NCBI GenBank assembly: GCA_964537885.1
Contig: CAZIDC010000001.1
Span: forward strand, 1 to 35,356
DNA length: 35,356 bases
Direction of reading: 5' to 3'
Source: an uncultured Syntrophaceae bacterium
GTDB lineage: Bacteria > Desulfobacterota > SM23-61
This document shows positions 17,865 to 26,147 of the stretch, piece after piece. Each line of letters starts with the position of its first letter. The stretch's first letter is position 1. The position numbers and the translations under genes are program-made. Under the pieces are notes generated by a model. That model did not search any database. It had not been told where the DNA came from and worked only from the letters and a program-made list of their open reading frames with translations.

Positions 17865-17878
17865 TTCTGTCTTTTTTT

Positions 17879-17909
17879 ACGCTCTGCGCCGTGCGCTATG
17901 CGTTCTGGC
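17879..17909. repeat. Solo (single-arm) heptad array, family C
   Basis: ACGCTCT GCGCCGT GCGCTAT GCGTTCT, preceded by T7. I found no inverted partner in the 44-nt metF-RACo spacer. Confidence 0.7.
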
Positions 17910-18835
17910 TATGATACCTGCGGCCGGGGCAGGAGTCCGGCCCGCTCTACGATCTCATGCACCTTTTCCTCCCATTCGATGGCCATGAGATGGATGCCAT
18001 GGACCCCTTCGATCTGCCGGAGCTTCCTGATCTGTTCCACGCAGATGTTCAATCCTTCTTCTTTGGCTTTCTCTTTCCCTGCGCTCTTCATCCGGTTGAT
18101 GATCTCATCCGGCACTTCCATTCCGGCAACCTTATCCTTCATGTACCTGGCCATGCCCACGGATTTCAAGGGGGTCACGCCCGCCAGGATATGCACTTTC
18201 TCGTGCAGCCCCCGCTCCCGGACCATCTGCATGAACCGCTCGAATTTATCCATATCGTAGATACACTGGGTCTGGATAAAATCGACTCCCGCGGCCACCT
18301 TTTTGGCCAGGCGGATGACCCGGTACTCAAACGGATCGGCAAAGGGGTTCTCTGCGGCCCCGATAAACATCGCCGGGACTCCTTCGATCTCGTCCCCCCC
18401 CAGAACCTTGTGTTCATCGCGCATCTTTTTGACGGTCTGGATTAACTGGATCGAATCCAGGTCGAAGACATTCTTGGCCGTGGGGTGGTTTCCGAATTTC
18501 TGATGGTCTCCCGAAAGACAGAGGATGTTGCGGATCCCCAAGGCATAGGCTCCGAAAATGTCGCTCTGGATGGCAATGCGATTGCGGTCGCGGACGACCA
18601 TCTGCATGGTCGGCTCCAGACCCATCTGTTTAAGAATGGCCCCCACGGCGATGGAGGACATGCGCACGATGGCGGTCTGGTTATCGGTTACATTGATGGC
18701 GTCCACGTTGCCCCTGAGCAGATTGGCTTTGCGCTCGACGACGGAAACATCCGCCCCCTTGGGCGGCCCCAGCTCCCCGGTGACGGCAAACGTGCCGTTG
18801 GTAAGGACTTTCTCCAAATTGCTTCCGGCTTTCAT
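17909..18835 (-). CDS. metF: Methylenetetrahydrofolate reductase, acetogen-type catalytic subunit
   Basis: MTHFR barrel (GPPKG, GAENPFADP, GVDFIQTQCIYD). The track start at 18892 adds 19 non-conserved residues. The ATG at 18835 forms an ATGA overlap with the metV stop. Confidence 0.9.
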   Translation of the reverse strand: MKAGSNLEKVLTNGTFAVTGELGPPKGADVSVVERKANLLRGNVDAINVTDNQTAIVRMSSIAVGAILKQMGLEPTMQMVVRDRNRIAIQSDIFGAYALGIRNILCLSGDHQKFGNHPTAKNVFDLDSIQLIQTVKKMRDEHKVLGGDEIEGVPAMFIGAAENPFADPFEYRVIRLAKKVAAGVDFIQTQCIYDMDKFERFMQMVRERGLHEKVHILAGVTPLKSVGMARYMKDKVAGMEVPDEIINRMKSAGKEKAKEEGLNICVEQIRKLRQIEGVHGIHLMAIEWEEKVHEIVERAGLLPRPQVS

Positions 18836-19500
18836 ATCTTCAAATCCTCCCGGACCCGTTTCCGCGGGCCCCCGTCGCGGCTCGTGGTCCAATCTTTGAT
18901 GGGCAGGACAATCTCCAACTTTTCCAGCTGTCCCAGTTCCTTGAGACGGTCATAAATCAATTGCCAGCCGCAGTCGATTTCCGGATCAATCTCGCACTTG
19001 CCGCGTTTCGACCCGCCGCAGGGTCCATTGAAAAGACTCTTCGAACACCGGGCCACCGGGCAGATGCCCCCCGTCCGGTCCAGGACGCAGTTCCCGCAAG
19101 CCTGGCAGCGCTCAGTCCAAACCCCCTGTTCTTCGGTAACGCCGATGAACTGGGTGTCCACTCCCGGCAAAACCGGGTGCTTGCGGAACTTTTCAGCCAC
19201 AAACTGGATGCCCGCTCCGCAGGCCAAGGAGAGAATGGCCTGATAACCATCGGCATACGGCCGCATCGGTTCGAGATATTCCGTGTCGCACTGCCGCTCC
19301 AGAGTTACCTCCTTAATCTCGAGCGATTTCCCCTGGGTCTGGCGAGCCAGGCGCAGGGCCGAGGAAAGAATGCCTACTTCTTTTTCCCCCCCGGCCGAAC
19401 AGACGGTTACACAACCTTTGCATCCGACGACTAAAATCTTGTCGTAGGGTTCAATCATGGCCAGGATTTCTTTAATGGGTTTCCCTTCCGCAATAATCAT
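18832..19500 (-). CDS. metV: MetV, the Cys-rich MTHFR-associated subunit
   Basis: 222 aa. CKGCVTVC and CQACGNCVLDRTGGICPVARCSKSLFNGPCGGS. AGGAGG Shine-Dalgarno. Confidence 0.88.
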   Translation of the reverse strand: MIIAEGKPIKEILAMIEPYDKILVVGCKGCVTVCSAGGEKEVGILSSALRLARQTQGKSLEIKEVTLERQCDTEYLEPMRPYADGYQAILSLACGAGIQFVAEKFRKHPVLPGVDTQFIGVTEEQGVWTERCQACGNCVLDRTGGICPVARCSKSLFNGPCGGSKRGKCEIDPEIDCGWQLIYDRLKELGQLEKLEIVLPIKDWTTSRDGGPRKRVREDLKI

Positions 19501-19518
19501 CTCAAACTCCTCCTAAAA

Positions 19519-19617
19519 ACGCATAGAGCATAGCGCATGGCGCATAGCGTTTAAAACTAAAAAGCTATGCTCTTTGTTCTTCTTTACGCAATGCGCTATG
19601 CGCTATGCGCTCTGCGT
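19519..19617. repeat. Inverted heptad-array element, family C (core GCGCTAT / ATAGCGC)
   Basis: The 32-nt arms are acgcatagagcatagcgcatggcgcatagcgt and acgcaatgcgctatgcgctatgcgctctgcgt. By my count 28 of 32 positions are complementary. The right arm lies inside the mvhD ORF. Confidence 0.9.
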
Positions 19618-20026
19618 ATTTTTTGCTCGGGCTGGGCCCCAGTTGGCGGATCTTTTCAGTCATCTCTCGGGCCACTTCTGCAAAGCGCGGTCCCATGGCT
19701 GCGGACATGTTATACATCTCCAGCCGGTCTCCACCAATCCCGGCATCCTCCAGGATGCGCTTGGCCATAGCCACCCGTTTCTTGGCCCGCAGGTTGCCGG
19801 TGAGGAAGTGGCAGTCGCCCTCCAGGCAACCGGCGACATAAACGCCGTCGGCCCCTTTTTCAAACGCTTCCAGCAGAAAACGGACGTCGATCTTGCCCGT
19901 GCAGGGAATCCGCACGATGCGGATGTTCGCCGGATACTGCAAACGCATGGTTCCGGCAAGATCCGCGGCCGTGTAAGCGCAAAAATGGCAACAAAAAGCG
20001 ATGATCGTCGGCTCGAATTTTTCCAT
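19565..20026 (-). CDS. mvhD: MvhD-like 2Fe-2S electron-transfer subunit
   Basis: CCHFCAY ... CTGK ... GCLEGDCHF. The ATG at 20026 shares one nt with the hdrL stop (TGATG). The last ~20 codons are encoded by a repeat arm. Confidence 0.88.
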   Translation of the reverse strand: MEKFEPTIIAFCCHFCAYTAADLAGTMRLQYPANIRIVRIPCTGKIDVRFLLEAFEKGADGVYVAGCLEGDCHFLTGNLRAKKRVAMAKRILEDAGIGGDRLEMYNMSAAMGPRFAEVAREMTEKIRQLGPSPSKKYAERIAHSALRKEEQRA

Positions 20027-23000
20027 CAAGCGGCCTCCCCTTTCAGCGCATCGGCCGGAATATCAAAAAGAACATCACACTTGGCCATGATCTGCTCATC
20101 GGTGAAATGTTGGAGTGTAATCGCTTTCCCCGGGCATTCCGCGGCACAGATGCCGCAGCCATGGCACTTGGCGATTTCGATCTCGGCTACGCCGTCGGCG
20201 TTGATCACGGGAACGTTGTAAGGACAAGCGCGCACGCAGGTCAGGCAGGCGGCACACTTTTCCGGGTCCACGACCGAGACCACCCCGCCTACGTAGATCT
20301 GGTCCTTGGCCAGGACCGTGCAGGCCCGGGATACAGCGGCCAACGCCTGGGAGATACTCTCCTCGACCATTTTCGGCGAGTGGGCCACCCCGCAGAGGTA
20401 GATGCCCTCGGAAGCAAAGTCCACGGGCCTGAGCTTCATGTGAGCTTCCAGGAAAAAGCCGTCGGCGGTTCGGGGCACCTTGAGCATGCTGGCCAGTTTC
20501 GCGGTGTCCGCGGCCACGGTAGCCGCGGATAAAATCAGAAGGTCGGGAGCAAAAGAAATGTTTTCCCGCAGGACGGGATTGTACAAGAAGACCTCCAATT
20601 TTCCGTCCTGGATCCGAACCTCAGGTTTTTTCTCCTCTTCATACCGCAGGAAGAGCACGCCGGCCTTACGCGCCCGGGCGTAATGTTCCTCCAACATGCT
20701 GTACATCCGCATATCCCGGTATAGGATGACCACCCGCGCTTTGGGGTTCAGGGCCTTGATCGTCAAGGCGTTCTTTACGGCCTCAGCGCAACACACCCGG
20801 CTGCAATAAGGCCGCTCTTCATTCCGCGACCCGACGCATTGGATCATGACCACTTCTTTCAAATCGCCAGCCTTTTTCCCATCGGTGGCCATGAGCCTCT
20901 CCAGTTCCAACTGGGTTAAAATTCTGCTGTCCTCTCCGTAGAGGTATTCTTTGGGTTTGAGCTCTTCCCCCCCGGTGGCCACGATGGTAACGCCATGTTC
21001 CAGCTCCCGGGGAAGCATCTTCGCCCCGACCATCAGGCTGGTTTTAAAGTTGCCCACGTAACCCGAAAAATCAGTGACGACGGCATTGGTGAAAACCTGG
21101 ATCTGGGGATGCCGGGTCACTCGGGTGATCATTTCTTTTAGGTATTGGGGCACGTCTTTCCCGTCCAGCGTTCGGTAAAGATGGCGCAGATTGCCGCCCA
21201 GCTCCCCTTCCTTCTCCACCAAGAAAGTTTCAAACCCTTGCTCGGCCAACCCGAGAGCCGCAGTCATCCCGGATAATCCTCCTCCAATCACTAAGCCTTT
21301 CTTAATCACCCCTTTGGTCAACTCTTCCAGGGGGCGGATCAGACGGGCGTTGGCCACGGCCATGCGCACCAAGTCCCGGGCTTTCGAGGTTGCTTCTTCT
21401 TTCTGGTTCATATGGACCCAGGAACACTGATCCCGGATGTTGGCCATTTCGAAGAGGTATTGGTTCAGACTGGCTTCCCGGATCGTTTCCCGAAAGAGAG
21501 GCTCATGGGTGCGCGGGGAGCAGGAAGCCACCACCACCCGGTTCAACTTGTGTTCCTCGATGGCTTTCTTGATCTTTTCTTGCGTATCCTGGGAGCAGGT
21601 GTATAGATTTTCTTCCGCAAAGACCACGTTCCCCAGAGTGGCCGCATATTCTTTGACGGAGGGGACGTCGACTACTCCGGCGATGTTATTCCCGCAGCGG
21701 CAGACAAAGACCCCGATCCTTGGGGATTCTTCCTTCACATCTTTTTGTTCCGGGTATTCCTTACGAATGACCATCGTTCCCCGGACCTCTGAGAGAATCT
21801 CCGAGGCGGCGGCGGCGGCTCCGCTGGCCTGGGCTACTGTCTCGGGAATGTCCTTCGGGCCCTGGAAAACCCCGCAAACGAAAACCCCCGGTTGGGAAGT
21901 GGCCAGCGGCGCAAAAATATCGGTCTTGGCAAAGCCATAGGCGTCAAGGTCGATTCCCAACTTTTTCCCCAGCTCTTTGGTGGAGGCCGAAGGAGTCATC
22001 CCCACCGAGAGGACCACTAAGTCGAATTCCTCTTCCTGAATCTCCCCCGCTTCATTTACGTAGGAGATCAAAAGGTTTTTGGTCTGCGGGTCCTCTGCCA
22101 CCCGGGAAATCATGCAGCGCACGTAGCGCACGCCGTATTCTTTTTTAGCCCGTTCGTAGTAGGCATCGAACCCTTTGCCATAGGCCCGGAGGTCGATGAA
22201 AAAGATCGTCGGCTCAATTTCCTTGTTATGCTCCTTGGCAATGATCGCTTCCTTGGTCGCGTACATGCAGCAAACCGCCGAGCAATATTTATGGTCCTGG
22301 TCGCGGCTGCCCACGCATTGTAAAAAAGCCAACTTCCGCGGTGTTTTCCCGTCCGAGGGGCGATTCACGTGCCCCATCGTCGGGCCGGAGGCCGAAAGCA
22401 ATCGCTCGAACTGCAGAGCGTTTACTACGTTGGGGTACCGTCCCCAGCCATACTCCGGCGACAATTGGGCGTTGTAAACTTCGTAGCCGGGCGCCAGGAT
22501 CAGGGAACCCACCGGCACTTCTTCCAGCCGTTCCACCATGTTGTGATCAATCGCTCCCAAGCCACATTTGTAATAACAGCTCAAACACTCCGAGCATACT
22601 CCGCAGGCCAGGCACCGGGCCGCCTCGGCCTGGGCTTCTTCATCGGTATACCCTAAATTCACCTCAGCAAACGATCGGGTTCGTTGGACGACCCCCATGG
22701 TTTGCACGTGTACCCGGGGAGTTGCGCGGATTTCGCCCAAGGCCATCCGCTCCTTGATTTCCTCCATGGTCAACTTGACAACGGGCAACTCCGGTTTGGC
22801 CTCGGGCTCCAATTCGCCACCCCGCAGATAGCGCTGGATGCTGGCTGCCGCCTTATGCCCTGCGGCCACCGCTTCGATGACGAAAGCGGTCCCGCTGATG
22901 GCATCCCCGGCAGCAAACACGCCGGGGCGGGTGGTGGCGTAGGTGTTGGGATTGACGGCTACGGTTTCCTGGCGGGTTACGCCTACTCCGGTGCTTTCAG

Positions 23001-24516
23001 GGATAAACTCCAGACCGGCCCGCTGGCCCACCGAAAAGATCACCGTTTCGCAGGGGACCACGTGCTCTGAGCCGGGCACAGGGACGGGCCGGCGGCGGCC
23101 GCTCCCGTCCGTCTCCCCCAGCTCCATGCGGATGAAGCGGATTCCCGCCACGCGGCCATTCCCGTCGCCGATGATCTCGGCCGGGTTGGACAGGAAGTGA
23201 AATTGCACGCCTTCTTCTTCGGCGTGTTGAATTTCCAGCGAGTCAGCCGTCGCTTCCGCGGGCGACCGGCGATAGTGGACATGCACTTCTTTGCCAAACC
23301 GGACCGCCGTGCGCGCGCAGTCCATGGCCACATCGCCCGCGCCGATCACGATCACGCGCTGGCCCAGTTCCGGAGGGTTGCCCAAGCGCACGTCCCGGAG
23401 AAAGGGAGTGTTGAGTAGCACCCCTTTCAGGTCCGCGCCGGGGATCGGTAAGGGGATCCCCTTATGCGCCCCCACGGCAATGAGCACCGCGTCGTACCCT
23501 TGGATAAATAAATCCTCGATATGGACCACCGGACTGTTCAATCGCAGGTCCACCCCCAGGTCGACGATGTCGGCCACTTCGCGCTCGATGATCTCCGCCG
23601 GCAAGCGGTACTCGGGCACGCCGACGCGCAACATACCCCCCGGAACCGGCAGCCCCTCAAATACCGCAACCGGATAACCCAGCCGCACTAAGTCCTGGGC
23701 CGCCGTCAGTCCACATGGCCCTGCTCCGATAATGGCCACACGCTTGTCTTGGGTTGGCTGAATGGGCGTAACCGGGGAACGGGGCTGGGCGTAAACTTTA
23801 TCGGTGACAAAACGTTTGAGCGCGCGGATGTCGAGGGGTTGATCGACCAGGTTGCGGTTGCAGGCGTCTTCGCAGCGATGGTTACAAATGCGCCCGCAGA
23901 TCCCGGGAAAAGGATTGTCTTCTTTGATCACCCGCAGGGCGTCCTCGTAACGGCCTTCGCGGATGAGGGCAATATAGCCTTGGGCGCGCTGGCCGGACGG
24001 GCAAGCATCCCGGCAGGGAGCGATGCCTCTTTTTTCAATGGCAAAAGCATTGGGTACAGCCTGGGGGTAGAGTTTATAAGCGGCCCGCTGCTTGGCCATC
24101 CCTTCATCGAATCGCCCCGGGATGATGACCGGACACACCTGGGCGCATTCACTGCAGCCCGTGCATTTGCTCACGTCGATATAGCGCGGCTTGCGGCGGA
24201 CTGTAACCATGAAGTTGCCAGCCTGGCCATCCACTTTCATGACTTCGGTATCGGTCATCAACTGGATGTTTAGGTGCCGCCCCGTTTCCACTAACTTGGG
24301 GCTGATGGTACACATCGAGCAATCGTTGGTGGGAAAGGTCTTATCCAACTGGGCCATCCGCCCGCCAATGGCCGTGGTTTCTTCCACTAAGTAAACCTTA
24401 AAGCCGGAATTGGCCAGGTCTAAGGCGGCTTGCATTCCACCTACGCCGCCGCCGACCACCATCACAGATCCAGTTTTTCCGCTTTTTGTCAGTTGAGGGT
24501 CTTTCACTTTCTCCAT
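20026..24516 (-). CDS. hdrA: Giant HdrA-type flavoprotein (HdrL-like). An HdrA-like FAD module is interrupted by a GltD/NfnB-like NAD(P)H module and followed by a second complete HdrA module.
   Basis: 1496-aa uninterrupted ORF. VMVVGGGVGGMQAALDLA ... CSMC ... CTGCSECAQVCP. Next comes GICGRICNHRCEDAC and VAIIGAGPCGLTAAQDL (GltD-like). The HdrA sequence then resumes (CVGSRDQ ... CSAVCC). The second module begins with RIGVFVCRCGNNIAG ... GLVIGGGLSGMTAALGLAEQG ... CVGSRNE ... CSRVCC, ending in terminal 2x4Fe-4S motifs. Confidence 0.9.
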   Translation of the reverse strand: MEKVKDPQLTKSGKTGSVMVVGGGVGGMQAALDLANSGFKVYLVEETTAIGGRMAQLDKTFPTNDCSMCTISPKLVETGRHLNIQLMTDTEVMKVDGQAGNFMVTVRRKPRYIDVSKCTGCSECAQVCPVIIPGRFDEGMAKQRAAYKLYPQAVPNAFAIEKRGIAPCRDACPSGQRAQGYIALIREGRYEDALRVIKEDNPFPGICGRICNHRCEDACNRNLVDQPLDIRALKRFVTDKVYAQPRSPVTPIQPTQDKRVAIIGAGPCGLTAAQDLVRLGYPVAVFEGLPVPGGMLRVGVPEYRLPAEIIEREVADIVDLGVDLRLNSPVVHIEDLFIQGYDAVLIAVGAHKGIPLPIPGADLKGVLLNTPFLRDVRLGNPPELGQRVIVIGAGDVAMDCARTAVRFGKEVHVHYRRSPAEATADSLEIQHAEEEGVQFHFLSNPAEIIGDGNGRVAGIRFIRMELGETDGSGRRRPVPVPGSEHVVPCETVIFSVGQRAGLEFIPESTGVGVTRQETVAVNPNTYATTRPGVFAAGDAISGTAFVIEAVAAGHKAAASIQRYLRGGELEPEAKPELPVVKLTMEEIKERMALGEIRATPRVHVQTMGVVQRTRSFAEVNLGYTDEEAQAEAARCLACGVCSECLSCYYKCGLGAIDHNMVERLEEVPVGSLILAPGYEVYNAQLSPEYGWGRYPNVVNALQFERLLSASGPTMGHVNRPSDGKTPRKLAFLQCVGSRDQDHKYCSAVCCMYATKEAIIAKEHNKEIEPTIFFIDLRAYGKGFDAYYERAKKEYGVRYVRCMISRVAEDPQTKNLLISYVNEAGEIQEEEFDLVVLSVGMTPSASTKELGKKLGIDLDAYGFAKTDIFAPLATSQPGVFVCGVFQGPKDIPETVAQASGAAAAASEILSEVRGTMVIRKEYPEQKDVKEESPRIGVFVCRCGNNIAGVVDVPSVKEYAATLGNVVFAEENLYTCSQDTQEKIKKAIEEHKLNRVVVASCSPRTHEPLFRETIREASLNQYLFEMANIRDQCSWVHMNQKEEATSKARDLVRMAVANARLIRPLEELTKGVIKKGLVIGGGLSGMTAALGLAEQGFETFLVEKEGELGGNLRHLYRTLDGKDVPQYLKEMITRVTRHPQIQVFTNAVVTDFSGYVGNFKTSLMVGAKMLPRELEHGVTIVATGGEELKPKEYLYGEDSRILTQLELERLMATDGKKAGDLKEVVMIQCVGSRNEERPYCSRVCCAEAVKNALTIKALNPKARVVILYRDMRMYSMLEEHYARARKAGVLFLRYEEEKKPEVRIQDGKLEVFLYNPVLRENISFAPDLLILSAATVAADTAKLASMLKVPRTADGFFLEAHMKLRPVDFASEGIYLCGVAHSPKMVEESISQALAAVSRACTVLAKDQIYVGGVVSVVDPEKCAACLTCVRACPYNVPVINADGVAEIEIAKCHGCGICAAECPGKAITLQHFTDEQIMAKCDVLFDIPADALKGEAA

Positions 24517-24529
24517 TTAAATTCCACCT

Positions 24530-25372
24530 TCATAGCAGGCCTTTAAGAGTTAAAAGTTTCACGGGATTCACGAAGTGCCTTTTGAACCATTGGCCCGCAT
24601 CCCGATGGGCCATGGCCAGGCCGATCAGCTCCGTGAAGTAAAGGACAGGCAATTCATACCGCTTCCCGGTTTGCCGCGAAATATCTTCCTGCCGGGAATC
24701 AAGGTTGGATTGGCATAGGGGACAAGCCACGACAATGGCCTCGGCGCCGGCTTCCAGAGCCTTGTCGAAAAGCTTCTGGGTCAGGCGGAGGACGATATCC
24801 GTCCGGGTAAGCACTAAGCTGCCCCCGCAGCAATCTGTTTTATACGACCAGGGAATCGATTCGGCCCCCAGCATCCCCATCAGGCGGTCCATTTCCTCCG
24901 GGTTTTCAAAGTTCTTCGCGCCGGTAACCCGGGGGGGCCTGACCAGCAAGCAGCCGTAGTAACATACCACCTTTAGCCCGGTTAACGGCCGCTTCATCAA
25001 AACTTTTATTTTTTCCAGAAGCTCGGAGCTGGCCAGGAACTCGAGAAGGCTCAGAATGTGGAAATTCCCGGTCAAAGCTTTGGCCCCATGGCCCTTGGCG
25101 GCTTCTTGCTCCGCGGCTTTGAACCGGCTGTAGCACGCCGCGCAGGGAATCACGACATCCATCCCCTGCTCCCCGGCAATGGCCAGGTTGCGGGCGGTCA
25201 GGTTGAAGGCTAAGGATTCATCGGTGCTATGGGCAGAACTGGCTCCGCAACAATTCCAGTCCGGCAGTTCGCACAACTCCACGCCGAGCCTCTCGCTGAC
25301 CGCCTTGGTGGATTCATCGTATTCCCGAGATGTTCCGTGGAGGGCGCACCCGGGGTAGTAAGAAACTTTCAC
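24530..25372 (-). CDS. hdrB: Heterodisulfide reductase subunit B-like (two CCG domains)
   Basis: 280 aa. CCG motifs DWNCCGASS and KTDCCGGSL. GTG start at 25372, preceded by GAAGGA. Confidence 0.88.
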   Translation of the reverse strand: MKVSYYPGCALHGTSREYDESTKAVSERLGVELCELPDWNCCGASSAHSTDESLAFNLTARNLAIAGEQGMDVVIPCAACYSRFKAAEQEAAKGHGAKALTGNFHILSLLEFLASSELLEKIKVLMKRPLTGLKVVCYYGCLLVRPPRVTGAKNFENPEEMDRLMGMLGAESIPWSYKTDCCGGSLVLTRTDIVLRLTQKLFDKALEAGAEAIVVACPLCQSNLDSRQEDISRQTGKRYELPVLYFTELIGLAMAHRDAGQWFKRHFVNPVKLLTLKGLL

Positions 25373-25386
25373 AGTTTTTTCCTTCT

Positions 25387-25923
25387 TTATGATTTAGGTT
25401 TGGGAAAGAGGGCTTTGACCTCCTTCTTGCGGCTTATTCCTGAAGGCAGAAGTTTCAGTTTTCCTTTGCTGAACATCTTCCAGCCCAGCTTGAAATCATC
25501 GAAAAATTTTCCCGTCTTCATTTTATAGCGCGCCATCATCCCCAGCTCGTGAACCCGGCCGTGAGTGCGGATGGAATTTAGGAACGCGGCGTGAAAAAGC
25601 GGGACTTCCTTCTCCGCCGGGGTCACCCCTTCCCGGAGAGCGCACTGGCGGAGCCAGTCCATGACTTTAGCGATATCAATATCATTCGGGCAACGCGTGC
25701 TGCAGGTATAGCAGGAAGCACAGACCCAGATTGTCTTGGATGAAAGGAGCCTATCTTTCATCCCCAGGGAGACCATCTGCATGACCTGGTTGGGTTTATA
25801 GTCCATGGCAAAGGCCACCGGACACCCGGCCGAACACTTCTGGCACTGGTAACAATCCTGGATGTTGATCCCGCTGTCTGCAAAGGGGAAGCCCCCGGGA
25901 TCGGTACGCTTTCCTGTTTCCAT
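25387..25923 (-). CDS. hdrC: Heterodisulfide reductase subunit C-like (2x 4Fe-4S)
   Basis: CYQCQKCSAGCP and CASCYTCSTRCP. The track ORF begins at a TTG at 25992. The first ATG is 25923 (METGKRT). The start is uncertain. Confidence 0.82.
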   Translation of the reverse strand: METGKRTDPGGFPFADSGINIQDCYQCQKCSAGCPVAFAMDYKPNQVMQMVSLGMKDRLLSSKTIWVCASCYTCSTRCPNDIDIAKVMDWLRQCALREGVTPAEKEVPLFHAAFLNSIRTHGRVHELGMMARYKMKTGKFFDDFKLGWKMFSKGKLKLLPSGISRKKEVKALFPKPKS

Positions 25924-26011
25924 TTTGCTTTCTGCCAAAGGTCTGTTCTCCTTTATTAAATTTAATAGGACGCAGATTTCCGCAGATAACAACAGTTAAG
26001 TACGTTGTTTT

Positions 26012-26057
26012 AATAGGGGATAGCAGTCTCTGCCCCGAAATCCTGCATTCCCCTATT
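26012..26057. other. Non-heptad hairpin in the folD-hdrC spacer
   Basis: AATAGGGGA ... TCCCCTATT is a 9-bp perfect stem, extended by gcag/ctgc. No adjacent U-run on either strand. Confidence 0.5.
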
Positions 26058-26126
26058 AAAAAGATACCCCTCGGCGAATTTCACCGCTATGAGGTATATC
26101 ATTCCTAAAAGAAGCTAAGCACCGTG

Positions 26127-26145
26127 CCGCAGAACGTTCTTGCGG
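26127..26145. other. Near-perfect palindrome immediately after the folD stop
   Basis: CCGCA-GAACGTTC-tTGCGG. The inner GAACGTTC is a perfect 8-bp palindrome. It starts 2 nt from the folD TGA. Confidence 0.45.
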
Positions 26146-26147
26146 TT

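Noticed and set aside
18836-18892. N-terminal extensions given by the ORF track: metF to 18892, hdrC to 25992, ftsA to 35224, cooC to 15849, ftsZ to 33852, mvhD to 20029.
   Set aside because: All but the metF case start at TTG or GTG. The metF extension lies entirely inside metV, whereas the ATG at 18835 is ATGA-coupled to the metV stop. All add non-conserved residues ahead of the familiar N-termini. Internal ATGs have better Shine-Dalgarno spacing or stop-start coupling. The hdrC start remains truly uncertain.
19565-24516. Selenocysteine (in-frame TGA) in HdrA/MvhD, as found in some anaerobes.
   Set aside because: Both ORFs are continuous, and the conserved Cys motifs are encoded by Cys codons. 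There is no in-frame TGA to explain. The fdhA Sec position, if any, would lie beyond the window.
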